64,000 nt of DNA from an uncultured Muribaculum sp. GTDB taxonomy: Bacteria > Bacteroidota > Bacteroidia > Bacteroidales > Muribaculaceae. The notes under the pieces are model-generated. The model was not told the DNA's origin and did no database searches. It saw only the letters and a list, made by a program, of their open reading frames with translations. The position numbers were made by a program, and so were the translations under genes. Positions 1 to 10,294 of this stretch are shown in pieces. How positions within the stretch are numbered: position 1 is the first letter of the stretch; each line of letters begins with the position of its first letter. The stretch spans positions 343 through 64,342 of the forward strand of contig CAZELD010000001.1 of the NCBI GenBank assembly GCA_964512855.1. The letters are read 5' to 3'.

Positions 1-1
1 A

Positions 2-1066
2 GACTATGTATCTCTCCGCACCGGAGTACCCACTATTCAGCTTATTTACGCCGACAACATACATAATTCCGCTATAATAGGTCAGGGAACCATTGATGGA
101 CGCGGAAAGGCTTTTCCAAAGCTTTCATGGAATGACGAAGGGCTCACACGTCCTCATCTGTTGCGGTTTATTCGCAGCAGCGATATCACCATAAGTGGAA
201 TCACTTTAAAAAACTCAGGGTGCTGGATGCAACATTATCTTGCCTGCGACAGAGTGAAAATCGACGGTATCAACGTGTTTAACCGCAATAATTATAATAA
301 TGACGCTCTTGACCTGGACGGATGTCACGATGTTGTTGTTTCAAATATGATCGCAGATTCCGACGATGACGCAATCACACTTAAAAGCACTTCGCCAAGA
401 CTATGCGAGGATATAACCATATCCAATTGCATCGTGTCGAGCCATTGCAACGCAATAAAACTTGGCACTGAAACCAACGGCGGTTTCCGTAACATTAATA
501 TACGCGGAATAGTGGTTAAGCCGTCATCGGATCAATCAAGCCAATATTTCGGCTATCTTGACGGTAGGGGACACTCCGCTATATCTCTTGAAATAGTGGA
601 TGGTGGAACAATGAGAAATGTTAATATAGGCGATATAACAATCACAGGCACAGAATCTCCTATATTTATACGTCTTGCCGATCGCGCCCGTCCTTATTCA
701 AAGGATCATCCAGTGGAGGGTGTAGGAAGCATTAGTGGAATATGTCTCCATGATATTCTTATTGACGGAGCAGGCCCCACAGGATGTTCTATAACCGGTA
801 TTGAGGGTCATCCTGTAACTGATATACTCTTACATGACATAACCATACGTCATGCCGGAGGACAGAAAACCACCGCAGCGCCGACTGATGAAAAAATAAA
901 AGATTATCCCGAATCAACCATGTGGGGAATATTGTCGGCACAAGGATTTTGGCTCAACCACACTCGTGACATAGAATTCAAGAATGTGAAAATTATAGCC
1001 GAATCAACTGACGAACGTCCTTTCTATATAAAATCAGACAGCGAGAACATAACAATATCAGATTAG
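2..1066 (+). CDS. glycoside hydrolase family 28 (polygalacturonase-like), 5' partial
   Basis: Frame is open from nt 2 (DYVSLRTGVPTIQ...GTIDGRGKAF), so the TTG at 161 in the ORF track is internal. Parallel beta-helix GH28-type motifs: NNDALDLDG, DSDDDAITLKS, HCNAIKLGTE, RNINIRG. Confidence 0.8.
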   Translation, partial: DYVSLRTGVPTIQLIYADNIHNSAIIGQGTIDGRGKAFPKLSWNDEGLTRPHLLRFIRSSDITISGITLKNSGCWMQHYLACDRVKIDGINVFNRNNYNNDALDLDGCHDVVVSNMIADSDDDAITLKSTSPRLCEDITISNCIVSSHCNAIKLGTETNGGFRNINIRGIVVKPSSDQSSQYFGYLDGRGHSAISLEIVDGGTMRNVNIGDITITGTESPIFIRLADRARPYSKDHPVEGVGSISGICLHDILIDGAGPTGCSITGIEGHPVTDILLHDITIRHAGGQKTTAAPTDEKIKDYPESTMWGILSAQGFWLNHTRDIEFKNVKIIAESTDERPFYIKSDSENITISD

Positions 1067-1333
1067 GAACCAACATCCTACATAACTTAAAAGAAGCACG
1101 CAAAGGAGTATAACACTCAACTCCCTGCGTGCTTCGTAAGTTTTGTAAGCATAGTAGCAACTAAACACGGCATAAAGCGGCATAATAAAAAATATAACTG
1201 ACATTGAATCATTTTTTCCATATTCACCTACCACTTTAGTAATAATGGCAGGCCATGAAAACAATGGCAGCAACATTACTATGACAACTATGATGAACCA
1301 CCATGGCGGCCGTTGATAATTATTATTGTTCAT
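1058..1333 (-). CDS. small membrane protein, unknown function
   Basis: 91 aa with about three hydrophobic segments. Its start overlaps the stop of the upstream SDR gene by 4 nt (ATGA), and its 3' end overlaps the convergent GH28 3' end by 9 nt. No recognisable family. Confidence 0.45.
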   Translation of the reverse strand: MNNNNYQRPPWWFIIVVIVMLLPLFSWPAIITKVVGEYGKNDSMSVIFFIMPLYAVFSCYYAYKTYEARRELSVILLCVLLLSYVGCWFLI

Positions 1334-2340
1334 TTTTTGTCGATTGATTGTTTATAAGCTTTCACAGTCTCAGAAATACCTCGTTGCAATGAATATTTTG
1401 GAGCAAATCCGAAATCACGCTTTGCGTCGCTGACATCGACATTCCAATTACGTTGCTTCATAATTTTATATTTATCAGTATTTAGCGTTGAAGGCTTCAA
1501 CTTCGCTACACCATATTTTTCGGCCAAGAATGAAGTTATCTTCACTATCCACAATGGCAATCTTACAGGAATAACAAAATTTTTTCCAAGTTCTTTAGAA
1601 ACTATTTTTCTAAATTCTTTCTGTGTATAAGCTTTATCCTCGCTGATAATATATTTCTTTTTCAACGGAGCTTTTTCAAGAGCGTCAAATATTGCGTTTA
1701 CAAGATCCTCCACATAAATAAATGTCAATAACTGCTTACGAAATCCCACTCCAAAATCCCAATGGCTATCTATACATTTTATCATCATGAGGTAATCCTG
1801 CTCGTGAGGACCATAGACACCGGTAGGCCTGAATATAATCCAAGGAATATCAGATGACATTTCAAGAAGGGTTTCAGCCTTTATTTTCGACACACCATAA
1901 CGTGTATTAGGCGATGGAATATCGGAAGATGTATATGGTGTATATTCTTTTTCATCACCCGGTCCGAGAGCGCTGAGGCTGCTCATATATAAAAACCTTT
2001 CAGGCATTTTATCAGCTTCTCTCAACGCCTCAGTCACATTTTTAAGGTATCCATAGTTAATGCGATTGAAATCACGATAATCAGTTACTTTTGTAGCGCC
2101 AAGATTATACACTATATAATTCCATTTTTCATTATCCGACAATGCTTCTTTGAAATTATCAACCAAATTGTCTACAGAATCATAATCTACCACAATGAAT
2201 TTCAATCTTTCATCTTGAAGATATTTTTTTGAAGTGGATTCCCTAACAACCACCCAAGTATCATATCCTCTTTTAAGACTCTCATCGGCTATAAATCCGC
2301 CAATGAATCCACCGGCTCCTATAATAAGTACTCTCTTCAT
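1330..2340 (-). CDS. NAD-dependent epimerase/dehydratase family (extended SDR)
   Basis: Rossmann motif GAGGFIGG at the N-terminus, YGVSK (YxxxK) catalytic motif, 336 aa. Confidence 0.8.
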   Translation of the reverse strand: MKRVLIIGAGGFIGGFIADESLKRGYDTWVVVRESTSKKYLQDERLKFIVVDYDSVDNLVDNFKEALSDNEKWNYIVYNLGATKVTDYRDFNRINYGYLKNVTEALREADKMPERFLYMSSLSALGPGDEKEYTPYTSSDIPSPNTRYGVSKIKAETLLEMSSDIPWIIFRPTGVYGPHEQDYLMMIKCIDSHWDFGVGFRKQLLTFIYVEDLVNAIFDALEKAPLKKKYIISEDKAYTQKEFRKIVSKELGKNFVIPVRLPLWIVKITSFLAEKYGVAKLKPSTLNTDKYKIMKQRNWNVDVSDAKRDFGFAPKYSLQRGISETVKAYKQSIDKK

Positions 2341-2365
2341 TTAATCAGTATTCGATATTGATATT

Positions 2366-2373
2366 CAAATTTA
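2366..2373 (-). promoter_or_regulatory. Bacteroidetes -7 promoter box (TAAATTTG on minus strand)
   Basis: Matches TAnnTTTG, 25 nt upstream of the SDR start codon at 2340. Confidence 0.5.
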
Positions 2374-2825
2374 GTCAATAAATGTTGAAAAGAATGTTTA
2401 TAATGGTTGAAAACTAAAAAATAATATTTGATAAAACTTTTTGCAATTATCGATTGTTTATATATACAGCCGTTCAGGATTGGTGTGCAAATTAATTATT
2501 ATCTTTATTTAAAACTGTTTTCCACACTTATTTCAGCAGTTATCAATAATATCTACCTTAATAAAATAATTAACATAGCAGTTATAAACTATACCTTGAT
2601 AATTTTAACACTACTCATAAAAATATAGTCCAATATATCTTTAATTCAAATAGTTACAATAATAATCAAAGAGTTAGTGGATGTATATTAAATGTTTACC
2701 ATACTTTTATAAGTAAATAAGCAAGAGAAAAATAAAAAACTTATTCTCGTTATCAACATCAATAATTACCACTAAAAAGATTTTCTAAAAAAATTTTCTT
2801 TCAAAAAAAATAAAACTATAAAAAA

Positions 2826-2845
2826 GAAAGTCGTTGAAAGTCGGT
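2826..2845 (+). repeat. tandem 10-bp direct repeat GAAAGTCGTT GAAAGTCGGT
   Basis: The 8-mer GAAAGTCG occurs at 2826-2833 and 2836-2843. It is the only G/C-containing island in an extremely AT-rich spacer and lies 35-55 bp upstream of the nadA -7 box. Confidence 0.6.
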
Positions 2846-2879
2846 GCAGTGCGTTAGAAATTATAAAGGGAAAATTTTG

Positions 2880-2887
2880 TAACTTTG
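2880..2887 (+). promoter_or_regulatory. Bacteroidetes -7 promoter box TAACTTTG
   Basis: Matches TAnnTTTG, 24 nt upstream of the nadA ATG at 2912. Confidence 0.6.
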
Positions 2888-2911
2888 CACACATATATAA
2901 TAAATAGCTTT

Positions 2912-3841
2912 ATGAAGGAAGAGATATTGAAGCTTAAAAAGGAAAAGAATGCCGTTATCTTGGCTCACTATTATCAAATAGGGGAGATTCAGGATGTGGC
3001 CGATTATATAGGCGACAGCCTCGCTCTTGCACAGATAGCCGCAAAGCTCGAAGAACCTATTATTGTGATGTGCGGTGTGAATTTCATGGGTGAGACAGCT
3101 AAAATACTTTGTCCGGATAAAAAGGTACTTATTCCCGATATAAATGCCGGGTGTTCGCTTGCTGACAGTTGCAATGCTGTTGAATTCAAGAAATTCATTG
3201 ATGATAATCCCGGACATACGGTTATAAGCTATGTCAATACTTCGGCTGAAGTTAAAGCATTGACCGATGTGCTCGTCACTTCAAGCAATGCCCGGCAGAT
3301 AGTTGAAAGTTTTCCTGAAGATACTCCGATAATATTCGGACCTGACCGGAATCTCGGTAATTATATAAATTCGGTTACCGGCCGCAATATGAAATTATGG
3401 AACGGAGCTTGCCATGTGCATGAGCAATTTTCTATAGAAAAAATATTGGAATTGAAAAAGGAGCATCCTGAAGCTAAGATTCTCGTACATCCCGAATGTA
3501 AGCGTCCGCTTCAACTTATAGCGGATAAGGTAGGTTCTACGGCAGCTCTTCTTAAGTATGCCATTGAAAGTGACAGCCATGAATTTATTGTGGCTACTGA
3601 AAGCGGCATAATTCATGAAATGCAGAAAAAATGTCCGGAAAAAGTGTTTATACCAGCGCCTCCCAATGATTCAACCTGCGCTTGCAATGACTGTGTGTAT
3701 ATGAAAATGAACACTATGCAGAAACTTCTTGATTGTCTAAAAAATGAAGCTCCTGAAATACAGGTTGATGCGGAAATAGCCGAGAAGGCTCGCCGTCCTA
3801 TTGAAAGAATGCTTGAAATCAGCGAAAAAATAAGTAAATAA
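2912..3841 (+). CDS. nadA: quinolinate synthase
   Basis: MKEEILKLKKEKNAVILAHYYQ, VHPEC and ATESGI motifs typical of NadA. I chose ATG 2912 because the ORF-track TTG at 2885 lies inside the -7 box. Confidence 0.93.
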   Translation: MKEEILKLKKEKNAVILAHYYQIGEIQDVADYIGDSLALAQIAAKLEEPIIVMCGVNFMGETAKILCPDKKVLIPDINAGCSLADSCNAVEFKKFIDDNPGHTVISYVNTSAEVKALTDVLVTSSNARQIVESFPEDTPIIFGPDRNLGNYINSVTGRNMKLWNGACHVHEQFSIEKILELKKEHPEAKILVHPECKRPLQLIADKVGSTAALLKYAIESDSHEFIVATESGIIHEMQKKCPEKVFIPAPPNDSTCACNDCVYMKMNTMQKLLDCLKNEAPEIQVDAEIAEKARRPIERMLEISEKISK

Positions 3842-3861
3842 AACTAAGAATAAAATAAATC

Positions 3862-6633
3862 ATGGAATATAATCACAGAGAGATTGAATCTCGTTGGCAG
3901 CAATATTGGAAAGAGAATAGAATATATAAAGCTGAAATAGATAAAAATCGTCCAAAATATTATGTGCTCGATATGTTTCCTTATCCTTCAGGAGCGGGAC
4001 TTCATGTAGGGCATCCGCTTGGCTATATCGCCAGCGATATTTTTTCTCGATTCAAACGCTTGAATGGATTCAATGTGCTTCATCCAATGGGTTATGACGC
4101 TTATGGACTTCCTGCAGAGCAATATGCTATCCAAACCGGGCAACATCCTGAGAAAACAACGATGGAAAATGTGGCTCGTTATCGTAGCCAGCTTGATAAA
4201 ATAGGCTTTTGCTATGATTGGGATCGTGAATTGAAAACTTGTGAGCCGGAATACTACAAGTGGACTCAGTGGGCTTTCATGCAGATGTTCAACAGCTATT
4301 ACAACACTAAGTTGCAGAAAGCTTGTCCTATAAGCGAGCTTATAGAGCATTTTGAAAAAGAGGGAAGCCAGAATATCAATGCAGCGTGTGGAAAAGAACT
4401 TAATTTCACCGCTGAACAGTGGAACAATTATAGTGAAAAAGAGAAAAGTGACACTTTGATGAACTATAGAATAGCCTATCTCGGAAATACTATGGTAAAC
4501 TGGTGTCCCAAGCTCGGCACTGTGCTCGCAAATGATGAGGTGAGTGAAGGTGTGTCAATACGCGGCGGCTATCCTGTAGAACAAAAATTGATGTATCAAT
4601 GGTGTCTGCGAGTATCGGCCTACGCCCAAAGGCTGCTTGACGGTCTTGAACGTATAGACTGGACTGATTCTTTGAAAGAGACTCAGCGTAATTGGATAGG
4701 TCGTTCAGAAGGTGCTGAAATGCGTTTTCCTATAGCCGGCAGTGATGTTGAGCTTGAAATATTCACTACCCGAGCTGATACTGTTTTTGGTGTGACATTT
4801 ATGGTGCTCGCTCCTGAGAGCGTATATGTGGATATGATAACTACTCCCGAGCAACGTGAAGCTGTAAACGCTTATCTCGATGAAGTGAAACATAAGACTG
4901 AGCGAGAGCGTATGATAGAAAAAACTGTGTCGGGAGTGTTTACTGGGGCATACGCAGTGAATCCTTTGACAGGTAAGAATATTCCGGTGTGGGTGAGCGA
5001 CTATGTTTTGGCAGGATACGGAACCGGAGCTATTATGGCAGTTCCTGCTCATGACAGCCGTGACTATGCTTTCGCCAAGCATTTTAATCTTCCTATTATC
5101 CCTCTTATAGAAGAATGTGATGTAAGTGAAGAGAGTTTTGACGCTAAATCAGGAAAGATGATTAATTCGCAAAGCTCTGAACTTAATCTAAACGGTATGG
5201 ATGTTAAAAACGCTATTGCCGCCACAAAGAAATTTATAGAAAAGAAAGGAATAGGCAAAGTTAAAGTTAATTATCGTCTTCGTGACGCTATATTCAGCCG
5301 CCAGCGTTATTGGGGTGAACCTTTCCCCGTATATTATAAAGATGGAATTCCTCACTTATTGAGCGAAGATAAGCTACCTCTATTGCTTCCTGAAGTGGAT
5401 AAATATCTTCCCACTGAAAGCGGTGAGCCTCCGTTGGGACGCGCCAAGAATTGGCGTACTGAAGAGGGTTATCCGCTCGAGCTTAATACAATGCCCGGTT
5501 TTGCTGGGTCGTCAGCTTACTATCTAAGATATATGGATCCTCGCAATAATGAAGCTCTTGTATCGAAAGAAGCTAATGAATATTGGCAGGATGTGGATTT
5601 ATATATAGGCGGTACTGAACACGCTACAGGACACTTGATTTATAGCCGTTTCTGGAATAAATTCCTTTATGATCTTGGACTGGTGGTAAAAGATGAGCCG
5701 TTCAAAAAACTTATAAATCAGGGAATGATTCAAGGCCGTTCTAATTTTGTTTATCGTATAAAAGACACAAACACTTTTGTATCGGCAGGATTAAAAAATC
5801 AATATGATGTGACTCCTATTCATGTTGATGTGAACATAGTGAGCAATGATATTCTTGACATAGATAAGTTCCGTGCATGGCGTCCTGAATTTAAAGATGC
5901 TGAATTCATACTTGACAACGGTAAGTATGAATGTGGTTATGCTGTGGAAAAGATGTCGAAGTCTATGTTTAATGTGGTTAATCCTGATGATATTGTCGAG
6001 CGTTACGGGGCTGATACGTTACGTCTTTATGAAATGTTCTTGGGTCCTTTGGAACAGAGCAAGCCGTGGGATACTAATGGTATTGATGGTGTAAACCGCT
6101 TTTTAAAGCGTCTGTGGGGACTTTTTTATAAAGGCGAAGAATTCCTTGTTACAAATAGCGAACCTACCAAGGATGAGCTTAAATCGCTTCATAAATTGAT
6201 AAAGAAGGTGACATGGGATATAGAGAATTTTTCATTCAACACTTCCATAGCAGCTTTTATGATTTGTGTAAATGAATTGAATACATTAAAATGCCACAAT
6301 AGTGAAATTCTATCGCAGCTCATAGTGCTTCTCGCTCCATTTGCTCCTCATGTTACTGAAGAATTATGGCATTCCCTTGGCAATGAAGGCACGATATTTG
6401 ATGCGTCGTGGCCTTCGTTTAACGAGGATTATCTTAAAGAATCCACCGTGACAATGGCAGTGTCATTTAATGGAAAGGCTCGTTTTAATATCGAGGTTCC
6501 TGTTGATATGACTCGCGAGGACATAGAAAGAACAGCTCTTGAAAATGAGGGAGCCGCTAAATGGATTGAAGGTAAAACAGTGAGAAAAATTATAGTTGTT
6601 CCCGGTAAGATTGTAAACATAGTGGTTGGGTAG
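3862..6633 (+). CDS. leuS: leucine--tRNA ligase
   Basis: Class I aaRS HIGH-type motif (HVGHPLGY) and KMSKS motif (EKMSKSMFN). 923 aa with a CP1 editing insertion. Confidence 0.97.
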   Translation: MEYNHREIESRWQQYWKENRIYKAEIDKNRPKYYVLDMFPYPSGAGLHVGHPLGYIASDIFSRFKRLNGFNVLHPMGYDAYGLPAEQYAIQTGQHPEKTTMENVARYRSQLDKIGFCYDWDRELKTCEPEYYKWTQWAFMQMFNSYYNTKLQKACPISELIEHFEKEGSQNINAACGKELNFTAEQWNNYSEKEKSDTLMNYRIAYLGNTMVNWCPKLGTVLANDEVSEGVSIRGGYPVEQKLMYQWCLRVSAYAQRLLDGLERIDWTDSLKETQRNWIGRSEGAEMRFPIAGSDVELEIFTTRADTVFGVTFMVLAPESVYVDMITTPEQREAVNAYLDEVKHKTERERMIEKTVSGVFTGAYAVNPLTGKNIPVWVSDYVLAGYGTGAIMAVPAHDSRDYAFAKHFNLPIIPLIEECDVSEESFDAKSGKMINSQSSELNLNGMDVKNAIAATKKFIEKKGIGKVKVNYRLRDAIFSRQRYWGEPFPVYYKDGIPHLLSEDKLPLLLPEVDKYLPTESGEPPLGRAKNWRTEEGYPLELNTMPGFAGSSAYYLRYMDPRNNEALVSKEANEYWQDVDLYIGGTEHATGHLIYSRFWNKFLYDLGLVVKDEPFKKLINQGMIQGRSNFVYRIKDTNTFVSAGLKNQYDVTPIHVDVNIVSNDILDIDKFRAWRPEFKDAEFILDNGKYECGYAVEKMSKSMFNVVNPDDIVERYGADTLRLYEMFLGPLEQSKPWDTNGIDGVNRFLKRLWGLFYKGEEFLVTNSEPTKDELKSLHKLIKKVTWDIENFSFNTSIAAFMICVNELNTLKCHNSEILSQLIVLLAPFAPHVTEELWHSLGNEGTIFDASWPSFNEDYLKESTVTMAVSFNGKARFNIEVPVDMTREDIERTALENEGAAKWIEGKTVRKIIVVPGKIVNIVVG

Positions 6634-6681
6634 ACTACACAATAAAGACTTTAATAATACGTTAGAATTCATATAAATGTC

Positions 6682-7269
6682 ATGAAAATGAAAAAAATTG
6701 TCTTTGCCACTAACAATGCTCATAAACTCAATGAGGTACGTGCCATTTTAGGCTCAGAGTATTGTGTGGCTGGACTTCATGACATAGGCTGTGATGAAGA
6801 TATTCCTGAAACTGCCGGCACTCTTGAAGGTAATGCGGAAATCAAAGCTCGTTTTGTAAAGGATAAATACGGCTATGATTGTTTTGCTGATGACACCGGC
6901 CTTGAGGTTGAAGCCCTTAATGGAGCTCCGGGTGTCTATTCAGCTCGTTATGCAGGTTCCGCTCATGATTCTGAAGCTAATATGAATCTTCTTCTTCAAA
7001 ATATGAAAGACAAGAAGAACAGGAAAGCGAGATTCAGAACTGTGATATGCTTGTTTGAAGGGGACTCGATTAAAAAATTCGAGGGTATAGTAAACGGTGT
7101 TATCATAGAGGAACGCAGAGGAACCAACGGTTTTGGATATGATCCGGTGTTTGTTCCGGATGGTTTTGACCGTACATTTGCCGAGCTTAATTCCGATGAA
7201 AAGAATGGAATAAGCCATCGTGGACGTGCTGTAGCTCTTCTCGGCGAATATTTTCGTCACAAGAATTAA
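6682..7269 (+). CDS. rdgB: non-canonical purine NTP (dITP/XTP) pyrophosphatase, RdgB/HAM1 family
   Basis: [16 protein letters not shown] and ISHRGRA motifs. Confidence 0.9.
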   Translation: MKMKKIVFATNNAHKLNEVRAILGSEYCVAGLHDIGCDEDIPETAGTLEGNAEIKARFVKDKYGYDCFADDTGLEVEALNGAPGVYSARYAGSAHDSEANMNLLLQNMKDKKNRKARFRTVICLFEGDSIKKFEGIVNGVIIEERRGTNGFGYDPVFVPDGFDRTFAELNSDEKNGISHRGRAVALLGEYFRHKN

Positions 7270-7287
7270 TATTATTAAGGTCTTGTT

Positions 7288-9690
7288 ATGATTAAAAGAA
7301 TATTATCGACTTTACTGTCGATGTTGATAGTGACGTATGCTTTCAGTCAAAGTGTAGGATCATGGAAAGTGTATAGCAACTATAGCTCTAATTATCTGCA
7401 GAAGGTTATAGACACTAAAAATATTGTTTATTATCTTTCAGGTGGATATGTATTTACTTACGATAAAAGTAGCGGTGAAACCATAGGATATAATTGCGGC
7501 AACGGATTGAGCGATGTCAATGTGACCGATATGTTCCGTAATTATGATCGTGACTATGTGATGCTGTTTTATTCATCGGGCAATATTGACTTGCTGTATG
7601 ATGACGGTAATGTTGTGAATCTCGGGGATATCGCCGCCGCTTCGTATATTTCTGATAAGACGCTTAATAATGTGACATTTGATGGCGATTATGCATACGT
7701 CGCTGCAGGTTTTGGAATAGTTAAATTTAATACATCTAACTATACGGTTGAAGAATCGGGCATCTTTAATCGTAATGTTCCTGTAATATCTATTGCCGGT
7801 GATAAATTGGTGATAAGTATGGATAATAAACTTTATTACGCTCCGCTTGCAGGACGTCATAATACTGTGGATTCATTCAGTTTACTTGGTGATGTGTGGA
7901 GTATGAAAGATATGGTAGCTATATCGGAAAATAAATTTCTATACACGAGTGATACTGAAATAGAAGGAATAATCACAGTGGATTATTCATCAAACACATT
8001 GGAAAGAAACTATATATATCTTTATTATAATCCCGTAATTGGAAAGGCAGGCGATAAGTGGATTATAGGAAATACAAATAATTATATATTAGTTGATTCT
8101 GATGGTAGCACGAGTTATTTGAATGTTCCGGACGCTATAAAGAAAACGGGATACGAAGATAATCTGAGTTATAATAGCATCGATACTGACGGTAGCTTGT
8201 GGTTTATAAATCCTGATGGATTGGGGCATTATGACGGTAAGTCGGAGAAAATAAATCAAGCAGAGATAAAACCAATGGGAACTGCTTCAAATCTTGGAAT
8301 ATGGAGTATAGTTCCAGGCCTTTCTTCAGAGAATATATATATGATTAATAGAGCGCAAAGCCATGTAGTTCCTATTTATGCGTCACGTGATTTGCTTTCC
8401 ATCAATATATTGAAAGATGGTTTTGTTACCGATATCACGCCTGATATTAAGGATGTGGAACTTATTAATTCCGAATCAAAAACTCTATATCCCGGTTTTT
8501 CAATTGTTGAGGATCCTGAAGAAGCAGGAACAATATATGTAGGAACTTGGTTTGAAGGTATATACAAAATCCGTGACGGTAAGCAGGTGGCAAAATATGA
8601 CTGGAGAAATATGCCTCTTAATCAGACGTATAATTGCACTGCTGTATCGCTTGATTTTGATAATTCAAATAATTTTTGGGTCTATGGCTATGATTATAAT
8701 GAAAATATGTTCATAGGTGTACTTCCTGCATCAAAAAGAAAGCAATCTGAAATTTCAAAGAGTGATTGGATAAGCGCTAAAACTAATGAGGTAGGTGTGT
8801 TTTTCTCACGTGATTCCCATATTTTAGCTCTTAAACACTCAAAAAATAAGAATATAGTGGTTGTAAGTTCAAGCGATTCACCATATAAATTTTTGGTGTA
8901 TAACACAAATGGGACTATTGATTCTACGTCAGATGATACTTATTACACTTATACAGGATTTATAGATCAAGACGGAAAGACATTTGGTCCTGCTGCAATG
9001 TTCAGTATGGCTGAAGATCAAGACGGAGCTTTGTGGATAGGCACTTCCGATGGGGTGATTGTGATACACAATCCTTCATCCATGCTTACAGGTAGTGGCA
9101 CTGTGGAAAGAGTAAAGGTTCCCAGAAATGATGGAACGCAATATGCCGATTATCTTCTTGCTAATAGAAGTGTTTCAGCGATAGCTGTAGATAACGCTAA
9201 TAGAAAATGGTTTGGCACTCCGTCATCAGGATTATATCTTGTCAGCGAAGATGGAAAGGAGGTCATCTACAATTTTATATCTGAAAATACCGGTATGCCG
9301 GTTGATGAGATTACATCGATTGCTTGTGATCCAAACAGTAATTCTGTTTATGTGGGCACACGATATGGATTATTCGAATATGTTTCAGACGCTTCTCCTG
9401 TAGCGAGTGATTATTCTGACATATATGCATATCCCAATCCTGTACGTCCGGAATATGTCGGGCCAATAACCATAACCGGCCTTATGGATAATTCACTTGT
9501 TAAAATAGCCGATATATCAGGTAATGTGTTTTATCAATGCAAAGCTACCGGCGGGATGGCTGTGTGGGATGGCTGTGACGCTTCAGGACGACGCGTCAAG
9601 ACGGGAGTTTATATTGTATTCGCGTCAAGCGGAGATTCAGACGGAGGTTCTTCTTATGGAGCTGTTACAAAAATAATGGTGGTTAATTGA
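7288..9690 (+). CDS. double beta-propeller protein with T9SS C-terminal sorting domain (PorZ-like)
   Basis: Signal peptide, propeller-type repeats (ALWIGTSDGV, RKWFGTPSSGLY, VYVGTRYGLF) and a C-terminal ~85 aa region reading YAYPNPV...VKIADISGNVF...GVYIVFA. Size and architecture resemble P. gingivalis PorZ. Not verified by search. Confidence 0.5.
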   Translation: MIKRILSTLLSMLIVTYAFSQSVGSWKVYSNYSSNYLQKVIDTKNIVYYLSGGYVFTYDKSSGETIGYNCGNGLSDVNVTDMFRNYDRDYVMLFYSSGNIDLLYDDGNVVNLGDIAAASYISDKTLNNVTFDGDYAYVAAGFGIVKFNTSNYTVEESGIFNRNVPVISIAGDKLVISMDNKLYYAPLAGRHNTVDSFSLLGDVWSMKDMVAISENKFLYTSDTEIEGIITVDYSSNTLERNYIYLYYNPVIGKAGDKWIIGNTNNYILVDSDGSTSYLNVPDAIKKTGYEDNLSYNSIDTDGSLWFINPDGLGHYDGKSEKINQAEIKPMGTASNLGIWSIVPGLSSENIYMINRAQSHVVPIYASRDLLSINILKDGFVTDITPDIKDVELINSESKTLYPGFSIVEDPEEAGTIYVGTWFEGIYKIRDGKQVAKYDWRNMPLNQTYNCTAVSLDFDNSNNFWVYGYDYNENMFIGVLPASKRKQSEISKSDWISAKTNEVGVFFSRDSHILALKHSKNKNIVVVSSSDSPYKFLVYNTNGTIDSTSDDTYYTYTGFIDQDGKTFGPAAMFSMAEDQDGALWIGTSDGVIVIHNPSSMLTGSGTVERVKVPRNDGTQYADYLLANRSVSAIAVDNANRKWFGTPSSGLYLVSEDGKEVIYNFISENTGMPVDEITSIACDPNSNSVYVGTRYGLFEYVSDASPVASDYSDIYAYPNPVRPEYVGPITITGLMDNSLVKIADISGNVFYQCKATGGMAVWDGCDASGRRVKTGVYIVFASSGDSDGGSSYGAVTKIMVVN

Positions 9691-9726
9691 AAATAAAAAA
9701 ATTAAATAAATTTCAATTCAAACAGT

Positions 9727-9734
9727 TATATTTG
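9727..9734 (+). promoter_or_regulatory. -7 promoter box TATATTTG
   Basis: TAnnTTTG, 33 nt upstream of the ATG at 9768. Confidence 0.55.
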
Positions 9735-9767
9735 TCGTTATAAAAGATAGAATTTAATACATAGTAT

Positions 9768-10289
9768 ATGAAGCTTCAATATATAGATGAGAATGATAAG
9801 TGCTACGGTATTACCGGGATGGCTATCGGCGTGACAATTTTCGATGCTGATGAAATAGTTTCGGCTATTTCATTGGATTCTGAATCAGGTGAATCTATAG
9901 AATTTTCTCCTGAATATTATTTTAACGGCAATCCGAGATTGTCGGCAAAAGTATCATGGAATCATATATTGAAACATTTTGAAGTGTCGATGGGGATGCT
10001 TCTCGGCAATGTGTTGTGCCGTAGTCATGTGCTCAACAATTCTTCGGTTGACGATGACACCCGTAGTCAGCTTCTTAAACTTGTGGAGGAAGAGGGCAGG
10101 GAAACTTGCCAGCTTGAGGATGACGAGATTGAAAACATATTTAACCGCCATTATAACTACCTTTACCGGGTGTTCAATCATGCGGGAGTGCAGCGGGTGG
10201 CTCATGATTTCGCCAATACGCTTAAGCAGTGCCGCACGATGTCGCGTGGGGAGATGGTAGAGAAGCTCAGAGCCTTACAAATGTATTGA
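9768..10289 (+). CDS. hypothetical cytoplasmic protein (acidic, helical)
   Basis: 173-aa ORF with its own -7 box. No signal peptide and no recognisable motif. Confidence 0.5.
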   Translation: MKLQYIDENDKCYGITGMAIGVTIFDADEIVSAISLDSESGESIEFSPEYYFNGNPRLSAKVSWNHILKHFEVSMGMLLGNVLCRSHVLNNSSVDDDTRSQLLKLVEEEGRETCQLEDDEIENIFNRHYNYLYRVFNHAGVQRVAHDFANTLKQCRTMSRGEMVEKLRALQMY

Positions 10290-10294
10290 TACTT

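Noticed and set aside
1058-1066. 9-nt overlap of the convergent 3' ends of GH28 and the small membrane-protein gene.
   Set aside because: The overlap is real in the sequence but is a common compaction feature. There is no evidence of a regulatory role, and the small ORF itself is only moderately supported.
2428-2628. 66-aa ORF inside the nadA upstream spacer.
   Set aside because: Low-complexity I/L/N/Y-rich translation of AT-rich DNA, TTG start, no promoter box in a sensible position. It is a by-product of composition.
2341-2911. Possible NAD+ (nadA-motif) riboswitch upstream of nadA.
   Set aside because: The predicted 5' UTR is only about 20 nt after the -7 box, and the spacer lacks the G/C-rich conserved stems expected for that RNA. 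No supporting structure is visible.
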